DNA of 64,000 nt from Acidimicrobiia bacterium (GCA_031362155.1 JANLRZ010000185.1:6282-70281); one strand, 5' to 3'. Counted from the first letter of the stretch, positions 9,773 to 19,436 are shown. The notes: generated by a model not told the origin, from the letters alone. Numbers and translations: made by a program.

Positions 9773-10285
9773 TTGTATCGTGACCGCTCTATGGCGACCC
9801 ACCGAGCTGTGACCGGTCAGTCCGGCGCGGGGTATCCGGGGGGCTTGGATCCGGCATTGCGCGAGAGCGTCGCGGCCCGTCTGGCCCGGGGTGAGCAGCG
9901 CCTGACTTCCAGTCGGGAAGCGTTGGTCGCCGTGCTCGCTCGGTCCGATCGTCCCCTCACGATCCCCGAGATTGCCGAGCGCGACTCCGGTCTCGCGGTG
10001 AGTTCGGTGTACCGGAACCTCACAATGCTCGAACAGGTTGGGGTCGTCCATCGGGTGGTGACGGCATCGGGCGACTTCGCGCACTACGAGTTGACCGAAG
10101 ACCTGACCGAACACCATCACCACCACCTGATCTGCTCATCCTGCGGTTCGGTCGAGGACTTCGAGGCGACCACCCAACTCGAAGACTCGGTGCACGACGC
10201 GGCGCGGCGCATCGCCCGGCGATCGGGATTCCGGATCGACCGGCATCTGATCGACCTCATCGGGCTGTGCCCGAACTGCTCGTAG
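9773..10285 (+). CDS. zur: Fur-family metalloregulator, most likely Zur
   Basis: ..SSREALVAVLARSDRPLTIPEIAE.. wHTH, HHHHHLICSSCG and CPNC metal-site motifs. Divergent from the metal uptake operon. Start could be TTG 9773 or ATG 9791. Confidence 0.85.
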   Translation: MYRDRSMATHRAVTGQSGAGYPGGLDPALRESVAARLARGEQRLTSSREALVAVLARSDRPLTIPEIAERDSGLAVSSVYRNLTMLEQVGVVHRVVTASGDFAHYELTEDLTEHHHHHLICSSCGSVEDFEATTQLEDSVHDAARRIARRSGFRIDRHLIDLIGLCPNCS

Positions 10286-10313
10286 TGCGGCCCGGGCAGG
10301 TGGGTCAGGTGGG

Positions 10314-10598
10314 TCAGAGAATCTGGCCGTAGGTGCTGCAGAGGCCCGCGGCCTCGATCAGCAGCAACGCGGCGATGAACGCGAAGACGGTGCCGCGGCG
10401 CCAGCCCCGAAGCCGGGGGCCACCCCGCATGACTGGGGGCATGTACCAGGCGGGCAGGGTCGAATCGCCGAAGTCGCCGATCAGTTCGGTGATCGGGCGC
10501 GCGTGATCCAGTGACGGGTTCGGGTCGGCGGCCAGGGCCTCTTGCTCGAGTTCGTGGTCGCTGATGGTGAGTTCGGTGTCGTTCACGATGTCGTTCAC
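10314..10598 (-). CDS. Small hypothetical protein with a C-terminal transmembrane anchor
   Basis: GTG 10598 is preceded by GGAGGG and forms a GTGA overlap with the upstream gene's stop. Acidic N-terminus, then ..WRRGTVFAFIAALLLIEAAGLC.. hydrophobic helix. High GC3. Confidence 0.5.
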   Translation of the reverse strand: MNDIVNDTELTISDHELEQEALAADPNPSLDHARPITELIGDFGDSTLPAWYMPPVMRGGPRLRGWRRGTVFAFIAALLLIEAAGLCSTYGQIL

Positions 10599-11014
10599 GT
10601 TCCCTCCACGACGATCCAACCGCGGCGCTGCAACTCCGCGGCGAGGACGTCGTCGGGGATGGCACTGAGTTGATCGGCGCCCAGTGAGTCTTGCGGAGTT
10701 CGACCGGGCGCGGGGGTTCGGGGCGGCGGGGCCGACCGCTTCGGCGAGCGCGTCGCCGGCGGAGGTGCCGCGGTGTCCTCTGCCGCGGATTCGAGCAGAT
10801 CGGCCACTTCATTGGCCTCGGCTTCGGCCTGGAGGCGCTCGATCAACTCGTCGGCTTCGTCGCGGGTGAACCGACCGCCCGCCTGCCGCTGGTTGAGCCC
10901 GAGTGGGCCGCGCGCGTCCCGGAAATCGGTGTGGCCCGCGGCATGGATCATCTCGGTCAGGTCTTGGATCTGCCGATGGGTCGCGGGTGGGCCTGCTGAT
11001 TGACCGAACGCCAT
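10595..11014 (-). CDS. Hypothetical protein (helical N-domain, Pro/Ala-rich linker)
   Basis: ATG 11014. MAFGQSAGPPATHRQIQDLTEMIHAAGH..DEADELIERLQ... Coding-like codon bias. I did not recognise a family. Confidence 0.45.
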   Translation of the reverse strand: MAFGQSAGPPATHRQIQDLTEMIHAAGHTDFRDARGPLGLNQRQAGGRFTRDEADELIERLQAEAEANEVADLLESAAEDTAAPPPATRSPKRSAPPPRTPAPGRTPQDSLGADQLSAIPDDVLAAELQRRGWIVVEGT

Positions 11015-11059
11015 GGTCACAGTCTCGCAGGCGAGTGCGACCACCCACGGAGTTTGGGC

Positions 11060-11419
11060 CTATTCGACGGGTACACAGTTCGGTGTGTCGTCTGTGCCCG
11101 CGCCGGCGACGCGATGGAGGACTGCCGCGGTGGGGGTGACGACGATCTGGTCCGACGCTCCCATCTCCGCGGTGCCGTCGACGATGAGCCGGTAATGCTC
11201 GTCGTGCCGGGTGGTCCAGATCAGGGTGACGTCGGAGCGGTCCGCGACGTTCCGGGTGGTCCGACGACCGGCGCCGACGACGATCGTGTCGGTCGACCAG
11301 ATGGGAAGTACCGACACGACGTGGGGCCGGGAGCCGTCCGAGACGCTGATCAGGAGCGCGTCACCGTCGATGGCCGCGATGAGATGTTCGAGGGCGGTGA
11401 GGTCGACCGGGATGCTCAC
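11060..11419 (-). CDS. Pyridoxamine 5'-phosphate oxidase-like (split-barrel flavin/F420-binding) family protein
   Basis: 119 aa. ..ALLISVSDGSRPHVVSV..VVGAGRRTTRNV..DVTLIW.. is the pattern of small PPOX-class proteins. GTG start. Confidence 0.5.
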   Translation of the reverse strand: MSIPVDLTALEHLIAAIDGDALLISVSDGSRPHVVSVLPIWSTDTIVVGAGRRTTRNVADRSDVTLIWTTRHDEHYRLIVDGTAEMGASDQIVVTPTAAVLHRVAGAGTDDTPNCVPVE

Positions 11420-11431
11420 CGAGCCGCGCGC

Positions 11432-11716
11432 CTAAATCGTGGCGGCGCGACGGTTGCGACGAACGAGGACTACCCCGACACCGACCGCGGCACCCGCGAC
11501 CAACGCCAGTTCGGCGGCGTCGGTCCCGGTGATCGGGAGCGTGGAACTCGACGTCGGCTGGGTTGCCCGTGGCGGAGTGCGGTTGGGAAGAACTTCAGGA
11601 GGCGTGCCTCCGCCGGGGTAGGGCGCGGCGCCCGACATCGTTGCGGGAACGATGAGCCCGACCGTCGCGATGGCCGCGACGGCGGCGCTGCGGATGAGGG
11701 TGGTTGTTGCCTTCAT
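11432..11716 (-). CDS. Small LPXTG-anchored cell-surface protein
   Basis: ATG 11716 follows GGGAGG. Signal peptide MKATTTLIRSAAVAAIATVGLIVPA... C-terminal LPITG plus hydrophobic stretch plus RRNRR is a sortase sorting signal. Confidence 0.7.
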   Translation of the reverse strand: MKATTTLIRSAAVAAIATVGLIVPATMSGAAPYPGGGTPPEVLPNRTPPRATQPTSSSTLPITGTDAAELALVAGAAVGVGVVLVRRNRRAATI

Positions 11717-11828
11717 GAAGCCTCCCGGGCTTGACGGCGGCCACCGCATCCGGCCACGACAAGCCGCCAGATACCGCCCACCGAGCAGCGTACGGAACTC
11801 AACGGCCGGAGTGGTGGATACCTCCCGT

Positions 11829-11854
11829 CCCGCTCGTGGCCCTGCGGGCCGGGC
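11829..11854. repeat. Copy 1 of a 26-nt direct repeat containing a GGCCC-TGC-GGGCC hairpin
   Basis: CCCGCTCGTGGCCCTGCGGGCCGGGC is identical to the copy at 11934-11959. Confidence 0.8.
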
Positions 11855-11933
11855 CGCTCGGGCCCCGGCCGCCGCCACGGAGCAGCGGTCTCGGGGTCGG
11901 GTTGGTGGTCGGCGGCGCCGGCCTCTTCCCTTC

Positions 11934-11959
11934 CCCGCTCGTGGCCCTGCGGGCCGGGC
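11934..11959. repeat. Copy 2 of the 26-nt direct repeat
   Basis: Identical 26-mer, 105 bp downstream of copy 1, ending 35 nt before the ATG at 11994. Confidence 0.8.
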
Positions 11960-11993
11960 TCTTCCCGCTCCTGCCCGCTCTATCCTCCGATTC

Positions 11994-13317
<1,324 letters not shown>

Positions 13318-13343
13318 CCCGGGACTCTGCGAGACTCTCCGAG

Positions 13344-14267
13344 GTGCGTGTCCTGGGATCAGCTCTCCAACCGGTGACGACTGCGGTCAACTCGGCGACG
13401 GACACCCTGCTCGTGCCGGTGCGCACGATCGTCGGTCACGTCGCTCGCTCTGCGCTGGGAGGCACGCCGCCATCGGGAACCGAGTTGGAGTTCGCGACCA
13501 CCGCCGACCCGGGACTGTTCGGTCCCGACTCGGTCACCTGGCGAGTCCACGCGGATCGGTCGATGCTGATCGGTGGGCTCCGGGCACTGCTGCTCCAAGT
13601 CCTGCATCCGTTGGCCATGGCGGGCGTCGCCCAACATTCGACCTACCGCCGGGACCCACTCGGCCGGTTGGCGCGCACGGGCCGCTTCGTCGCGGCGACC
13701 ACCTACGGGACCACTCCCGAGGCCGAACGGGCGATTGCGATGGTGGCCAACGTGCACCAACGCGTCCGCGGCGTTGCGGCCGACGGGCGCCCCTATTCCG
13801 CGAGTGATCCGGCGTTGCTCTCATGGGTGCACAACGTCGAGGTGGATTCCTTCTTGGCTGCCTACCGGCGATACGGGCCCGGGATCAGCGACGCGGATGC
13901 GGACGAGTACGTGCGGGAGATGGCCGTATTGGGGCGATCGCTGGGCGCGGATGACGTGCCCGAGACGGCAGCCGAACTCAGTGCGTGGATCGAGGCGGTC
14001 CCCGGCTTGGCGATGACCAAGGAGGCTCGCGAGACCGTGCGCTTCCTCACGTTCCCGTCACTGCCGGTCCGGATGTTGCCGGCCTACGCAGTGATCGTCG
14101 CGGCGGCCGCCGACTTGTTTCCGCTCTCGCGGCGGCTCACGCTGGGACTCTGGCCGGTGCCGCTCGCCGATCCGTTGGTGGTCAGACCGAGTGCGACGGC
14201 ACTGTTGGCGCTGCTCGGCTGGGCGTTGGGTCCACCGCCCTTGCCGACCGGCCGTCGCGTCGGCTGA
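13344..14267 (+). CDS. DUF2236 / MpaB-family oxygenase-like protein
   Basis: ..GLFGPDSVTWRVHADRSMLIGGLRALLLQVLHPLAMAGV.. is the characteristic DUF2236 N-terminal block. GTG start. Confidence 0.7.
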   Translation: MRVLGSALQPVTTAVNSATDTLLVPVRTIVGHVARSALGGTPPSGTELEFATTADPGLFGPDSVTWRVHADRSMLIGGLRALLLQVLHPLAMAGVAQHSTYRRDPLGRLARTGRFVAATTYGTTPEAERAIAMVANVHQRVRGVAADGRPYSASDPALLSWVHNVEVDSFLAAYRRYGPGISDADADEYVREMAVLGRSLGADDVPETAAELSAWIEAVPGLAMTKEARETVRFLTFPSLPVRMLPAYAVIVAAAADLFPLSRRLTLGLWPVPLADPLVVRPSATALLALLGWALGPPPLPTGRRVG

Positions 14268-14270
14268 CGG

Positions 14271-16073
14271 TTACGCCCGGGAAGCGGTGGGGTGGCCGTC
14301 GACCGCTGAGAGGTGGGCGGCCGCGTTGACCAGGCTCACGTGGGTAAAGGCTTGGGGGAAGTTGCCGAGCTGCTGCTTGGCCACCGGGTCGTACTCCTCG
14401 GCGAGTAGGCCGACGTCGTTCTGCAATCCGATCAGCCGTTCGAAGAGTTGGTGCGCATCGTCGAGCCGACCGATGAGCGCGTAGTTCTGGGCGAGCCAGA
14501 ACGAACACGGCAGGAAGACACCTTCGCCTTCGGGAAGCCCGTCGATTGCGCCGGTGGGGCTCGTCTCGTAGCGAGCCACGAACCCGTCGTGCATCAGTGA
14601 CGCTTCGATCGCGGTGACCGTTCCCGCGACGCGGGGGTCGTCGGCGGGGAGAAAACCAACGAGCGGGAGGATGAGGACGGCCGCATCGAGTTGTTTCGAT
14701 CCGTAGGCCTGGGTGAAGGCGTTGAGTTCGGGGTCGAAGCCCTCATTGCAGATCTCGGCGTGGATCTCGTCGCGGGCCGCAGCCCACACGTCGCGCGGGC
14801 CGTCGAGCCCGCACTCATCGATGTTCCGCACTGCCCGGTCGAAGGCCAGCCACGCCATTCCCTTGGAATGGGTGAAGTGCGCGCGAGGGCCCCGCACTTC
14901 CCAGATGCCTTCGTCGGGATGCCGCCAGCGATCTTGGAGTGAAGCGAGGAGCGCGACCTCGAGGTCCCAGGAGTCGTGGTGCACGCCGATCTCGGGCATC
15001 AATCGGCGGGTGTGGTAGAGCGTGCTGAGCACCTCGCCGTACACGTCGAGTTGGAACTGTCCGCTCGCGGCGTTCCCGACCCTGACGGGAACGCTGTTGC
15101 GATATCCGGCGAGCCAGTCCAGCGTGTACTCGCTCAGGCGGCGCTCCCCGGCCGGCCCGTACATGATCTGGAGGTCTTCGGGATCGCCGGCCACCGCGCG
15201 GACAAGCCAGTCCCGCCAGGCCAACGCCTCCTCGGTGTATCCGCCGGTGGTCAGCGCGACGAGCGTGAGTGTCGCGTCCCTGAGCCAGCAATAGCGGTAG
15301 TCCCAGTTGCGGACGCCTCCGATCCATTCCGGGAGCGAGGTGGTCGGAGCAGCCACGATTCCCCCCGTTGGAGCGTAGGTCAGAGCCTTGAGGGTGATGA
15401 GCGAACGTTTGACTTCGGGTTGCCACTCGCCGGTGTAGGTGCAGTTGTCGGACCACTGTCGCCACCAGCGCTCGGTGTCGCGCATCACCTGGTCCGGATC
15501 CATCGCCGCCGGAACCGGTTCGTGAGACGCGTAGTAGGCCAGCACGAACGGGACCGACTCGCCGGCGCAGAGCACGAAGTCGGCCACGCTCGCCGGGCCC
15601 GCGCCGTGGATGCGGACCGGCGAGCGCAACACCATCGCATCGGGGCCGGCGACGAAATGGAGGCCCTCGCGGTCGCGGTGCACCCAAGGGACGATGGAGC
15701 CGTAGTCGAACCGCACGACGAGTTCCATGTGGATCGGCACTCGGCCGCTCACACACTCGACGACGCGCACGATGTCAACGGTGTGGTCGCCGATCGGCAT
15801 GCAGTCGGTGACGCGGATCACGCCGTCGTCGGTATGGAACGTGGTCTCGAGCACGAGTGTGTCGTCGAGGTACCGCCGCTCGATCCGTTGGAGACCACCG
15901 GCCGGAGCGATCTGCCAGTGGCCGTTGTCCGGGGTCCCGACCAGCGCACTGAACACCGCGCCCGAATCGAAACGGGGCGCGCACCACCAGTCGATGGAAC
16001 CGTTCCGGCCGACCAGCGCCGCGGTATGGGTGTCGCCGATCAGCGCATAGTCCTCGATGCGGTTTGGCGCCAT
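14271..16073 (-). CDS. Glycoside hydrolase family 15 (glucoamylase/trehalase-like)
   Basis: N-terminus IEDYALIGDTHTAALVGRNGSIDWWCAPRFDS.. and ..NWDYRYCWLRDA.. are blocks typical of actinobacterial GH15 proteins. Confidence 0.85.
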   Translation of the reverse strand: MAPNRIEDYALIGDTHTAALVGRNGSIDWWCAPRFDSGAVFSALVGTPDNGHWQIAPAGGLQRIERRYLDDTLVLETTFHTDDGVIRVTDCMPIGDHTVDIVRVVECVSGRVPIHMELVVRFDYGSIVPWVHRDREGLHFVAGPDAMVLRSPVRIHGAGPASVADFVLCAGESVPFVLAYYASHEPVPAAMDPDQVMRDTERWWRQWSDNCTYTGEWQPEVKRSLITLKALTYAPTGGIVAAPTTSLPEWIGGVRNWDYRYCWLRDATLTLVALTTGGYTEEALAWRDWLVRAVAGDPEDLQIMYGPAGERRLSEYTLDWLAGYRNSVPVRVGNAASGQFQLDVYGEVLSTLYHTRRLMPEIGVHHDSWDLEVALLASLQDRWRHPDEGIWEVRGPRAHFTHSKGMAWLAFDRAVRNIDECGLDGPRDVWAAARDEIHAEICNEGFDPELNAFTQAYGSKQLDAAVLILPLVGFLPADDPRVAGTVTAIEASLMHDGFVARYETSPTGAIDGLPEGEGVFLPCSFWLAQNYALIGRLDDAHQLFERLIGLQNDVGLLAEEYDPVAKQQLGNFPQAFTHVSLVNAAAHLSAVDGHPTASRA

Positions 16074-16110
16074 CAGCCCACGCTACCGGCGCGGTCGGAC
16101 CCGCGGATCG

Positions 16111-17010
16111 CTACCGCGCGGATGCGACCGTGATGTGCAGGCTGCGATGTTGGGACCCGAACGACGGCCCCGTGCCCCGACTTCGTACGGCGAGGCTCGG
16201 CCCGAGCAACGCGTGGTCGATAGGAATACGCAACAGGACGTTGGACTCGGGCCACGACGGTTGGATGCCGAACCCGTCGAGGGAGTTCGTCAGTCGGCCA
16301 TGTTCCAAGACCCGACCGAACGCCGGCGACCACGGGGTCGTGTTGAAGTCGCCCATCACGATCCGCCGATCCGGACGGGCGCGGCTCCACCGGGCCGCGG
16401 CGTCGAGCGCTTGATCTCGGTGCCGGGTTCGCTGTGGCGTCGTCGGCGAATCGGTGCCGAACACCACCATCGCAATCGGAGCGGGCCCGGTGATGGTCAG
16501 TTCCACCGCCGATCGACCGAACTTCAGATCTCGGGGGTGGCGGATGCCGGTGATGGGCACGCGACTCAACACAACGGTCCGGACGAACTCGGGGCGGGCC
16601 ACCACGTGGGCGCCCGTCTGGTCGACGCGGTACCCGGGCAGGGCGTGGGTCAGCGCAGGAACATCGGACTGCACCGGATCGAGGACGACGAAGACGTCGG
16701 GCCGGAGTCGGGCGAGATAGCGGCCGAGTGCAGCGACATCGATCCGCCGAGTCTGGGCGTTCAGGTGTCCGACCGTCACGCTCGCGGAGCGCGGGTTCGA
16801 CGGTCGGGCCGAGCGCGCCAGGGTGCGACCCACGACCGTGCCGTTCACCAGGATCGCGACCGCAATCAGGACCAGGCTGACCCGCGCGTTGGTGAGCGCT
16901 GCAGCCAACGCGATGGCGAGGCTCGCAATCAGGAGTTGCACCGGGAAGTTGGTCAGCAGATCGAACGGCCAGGTCTTCCATTCCAGCTGCGCAACGAGCG
17001 TGACGACCAA
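16111..17010 (-). CDS. Endonuclease/exonuclease/phosphatase (EEP) family protein with N-terminal membrane helices
   Basis: ..VVMGDFNTTPWSP.. and ..IDHALL.. are EEP motifs. TTG at 17010 is the only canonical start, and the hydrophobic helix continues upstream (see findings). Confidence 0.7.
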   Translation of the reverse strand: MVVTLVAQLEWKTWPFDLLTNFPVQLLIASLAIALAAALTNARVSLVLIAVAILVNGTVVGRTLARSARPSNPRSASVTVGHLNAQTRRIDVAALGRYLARLRPDVFVVLDPVQSDVPALTHALPGYRVDQTGAHVVARPEFVRTVVLSRVPITGIRHPRDLKFGRSAVELTITGPAPIAMVVFGTDSPTTPQRTRHRDQALDAAARWSRARPDRRIVMGDFNTTPWSPAFGRVLEHGRLTNSLDGFGIQPSWPESNVLLRIPIDHALLGPSLAVRSRGTGPSFGSQHRSLHITVASAR

Positions 17011-17115
17011 CGCGACGACTGCCGCGATGAAGACAGGAATACGGAGAAAGGTGCGCGGGCCGATGGCTCAAGGTACCCGCCGACGCGCCGCGCTTCTGCG
17101 TCCTACGATTGGCCG

Positions 17116-17931
17116 ATGTCGATCACCATCGATCCCATGACGGCCACCATCGGTGCGGAAATCGGCGGTGTCGATCTTGCCGGCGACCTCTCCGCCGAGA
17201 CGATCGCCGAGATTCGCGCCGCCCTGCTCGACTGGAAAGTGATCTTCTTTCGAGACCAGCGGAGGCTCGATCGCGAACGCCATGTGGCCTTTGGGCGAGC
17301 ATTCGGCGACCTCGAAGTCCATCCGCTCACACCGTCGGACCAGAAAGAACCCGAGATCTTTGTGCTCCCGGCCGGTGGAACGCACAAGGCGCCAGGCGTG
17401 TGGCACAGCGATGTGACCTGGCGGCCGGAGCCGTCGCTGGGATCCATCCTGCGAGCCGTGGAACTCCCGCCCATCGGGGGCGACACGCTGTGGGCCGATA
17501 TGGCCGCGGCCTACGACTTGCTCGACGACGCCACGAAGGAGCAGATCGACGAGTTGGTCGCACTGCACGATTACGTCCGCGCCTTCGGCTACAACCAGCC
17601 GCCCGAGGTGCAGGACCGGATGCGGGCCAAGCACCCCACCGTCGAACACCCGGTGATCCGTACCCATCCCGAGACCGAGCGCAAGACGATCTACGTCAAC
17701 GCCGGGTTCACCTGCGGCATCAAAGGGATGGACGCAGCTGAGGCCTACCCACTGCTCGATCGACTCCAGCGTCAGGCCAGTATCCCCGACGTTCAGGTCC
17801 GGTTCCGGTGGGAGCCCGGCAGCGTCGCCTTCTGGGACAACCGCGCGACCCAGCACATCGTGAGCAACGACTTTCTCCCTGCCCGCCGGGTCATGGAACG
17901 CGTGACCGTCGTCGGCGACCGACCGTATTGA
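17116..17931 (+). CDS. TauD/TfdA-family Fe(II)/2-oxoglutarate dioxygenase
   Basis: ..WHSDVTW.. (HxD), ..GGDTLWADM.., ..VAFWDNRATQH.. are typical of TauD. Confidence 0.85.
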   Translation: MSITIDPMTATIGAEIGGVDLAGDLSAETIAEIRAALLDWKVIFFRDQRRLDRERHVAFGRAFGDLEVHPLTPSDQKEPEIFVLPAGGTHKAPGVWHSDVTWRPEPSLGSILRAVELPPIGGDTLWADMAAAYDLLDDATKEQIDELVALHDYVRAFGYNQPPEVQDRMRAKHPTVEHPVIRTHPETERKTIYVNAGFTCGIKGMDAAEAYPLLDRLQRQASIPDVQVRFRWEPGSVAFWDNRATQHIVSNDFLPARRVMERVTVVGDRPY

Positions 17932-17943
17932 GCCCGCCTCGCC

Positions 17944-17996
17944 CGAACCAACGCGCGCTCCGCACCCCAGAGGGTGCGCAACCGGCGCGGGTTGGG
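17944..17996 (+). repeat. Structured intergenic repeat, copy A (REP-like / terminator-like)
   Basis: CGAACCAACGCGCGCTCCGCACCCCAGAGGGTGCGCAACCGGCGCGGGTTGGG starts 13 nt after the tauD-like stop. It shares about 46 of 53 nt with 42756-42808. Confidence 0.75.
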
Positions 17997-18002
17997 TGGG
18001 GG

Positions 18003-19436
18003 TTGCGCGTGGCGGTCATCGGTGCCGGGATGTCAGGGATCCTGGCGGCGATCAAACTGGCCGAGGCCGGCTACGACGACGTCGTGGTCTTCGAGAAGGC
18101 TGATCGCGTCGGCGGTACCTGGCGAGAAAATACCTATCCGGGGATCGCCTGCGACGTGCCGTCGCACTTGTACTCGTATTCGTTCGCACCGAACCCGGAG
18201 TGGAGTCACACCTTCTCACCGGGGCATGAAATCTTCGCCTACTTCGAAGGAGTTGCGCGCGACTACGGCGTCATGGATCGAGTGCGCTTCGGGACCGAGG
18301 TGGGCCGCGCCGAGTTCGTCGATGGTCGGTGGCGGCTCGACACCGATCACGGGGCGCCGGAACTCTTCGATGCCGTGATTGGTGCCACGGGTGTGCTTCA
18401 TCATCCGAAGCTGCCCGACCTTGCCGGCATCGACTCGTTCACCGGCGCCGCGTTTCACAGCGCCCGTTGGGACCACTCGGTCTCTCTCGACGACGCGCGC
18501 GTCGGTGTGATCGGCACCGGATCGACGGCGGTACAGATCACCACCGCGCTGGCCCGACGCGCCGCGCACTTCACCCTGTTCCAGCGGACCGCGCAGTGGG
18601 TGCTGCCCCAAGCCAATCAGCCGTACTCTGAGGAAGAACGAGATGAGTTCCGCGCCCACCCGGAACGGCTTATCGACATTCACGACAATCTGGCGGTGGC
18701 GTTCGGCGGGTTCGCAAGTGCGGTGATCGACGCCGACTCGGCGGGCATGGAGCTGATCGAGCGGATGTGCCTCTCGAACCTCGAGACGGTGCGTGATCCA
18801 GAGCTGCGCGAGCACCTCCGTCCTACCTATCGAGCGGCGTGCAAGCGGTTGGTGGTCGCGCCCGACTTCTACGAGGCCATGCAGGAGCCGACTGTCGAAC
18901 TGGTGACTTCGGGCATCGAGGGGGTGGAGCCGAGCGGGGTCCGCACCGCCGACGGCGTGCTGTACGAGCTCGACGTGTTGGTGTTCGCTACCGGATTCCG
19001 TGCCGACGCGTTCGTTCGTCCGATGGAAGTCGTCGGCGTCGATGGGCAGACTCTGGAGTCCGCGTGGTCGCCCCGCCCCAACGCCTACCTCTCGATGACG
19101 GTTCCCGGGTTCCCGAACTTCTTCCTCATCAACGGGCCCAACGGTCCGGTGGGGAACTTCTCGCTCATCGAGGTGGCCGAGCTGCAGTTCGGCTACATCA
19201 AGTCACTCATCGACGGCCTCGCCCGGGGCGAGTACCGAACCGTCAGCCCCACAGTCGCGGCCATGGACGCGCACGAGGCCGCGCGGGTCGAGGCCGCGCA
19301 GCAGTCGATCTGGGTGACCGGCTGTCAGAGCTGGTATCTGGACGACCGCGGTATTCCCGCGACGTGGCCGTGGACCTTCGACCATTTCCGTTCGGTCATG
19401 GCCGCGCCGGATCCGTCGGCGTTCGAGTATCACTGA
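18003..19436 (+). CDS. Class B flavoprotein monooxygenase (Baeyer-Villiger monooxygenase-like)
   Basis: GAGMSG FAD motif. BVMO fingerprint FxGxxxHxxxW[PD] is present as FTGAAFHSARWD. Second Rossmann motif GTGSTA. Start is TTG 18003 or GTG 18009. Confidence 0.8.
   Translation: MRVAVIGAGMSGILAAIKLAEAGYDDVVVFEKADRVGGTWRENTYPGIACDVPSHLYSYSFAPNPEWSHTFSPGHEIFAYFEGVARDYGVMDRVRFGTEVGRAEFVDGRWRLDTDHGAPELFDAVIGATGVLHHPKLPDLAGIDSFTGAAFHSARWDHSVSLDDARVGVIGTGSTAVQITTALARRAAHFTLFQRTAQWVLPQANQPYSEEERDEFRAHPERLIDIHDNLAVAFGGFASAVIDADSAGMELIERMCLSNLETVRDPELREHLRPTYRAACKRLVVAPDFYEAMQEPTVELVTSGIEGVEPSGVRTADGVLYELDVLVFATGFRADAFVRPMEVVGVDGQTLESAWSPRPNAYLSMTVPGFPNFFLINGPNGPVGNFSLIEVAELQFGYIKSLIDGLARGEYRTVSPTVAAMDAHEAARVEAAQQSIWVTGCQSWYLDDRGIPATWPWTFDHFRSVMAAPDPSAFEYH

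Noticed and set aside
10296-10316. Tandem 9-mer CAGGTGGGT x2 between zur and the convergent small gene.
   Set aside because: There are only two units, with no hairpin and no similarity elsewhere in the window. It is probably a trivial duplication.
11717-11993. Purine riboswitch upstream of the ABM/adenine-deaminase pair.
   Set aside because: None of the conserved purine-aptamer elements (UAUAAU junction, loop-loop GG/CC pattern, CCGUAAA-like segment) could be found on either strand.
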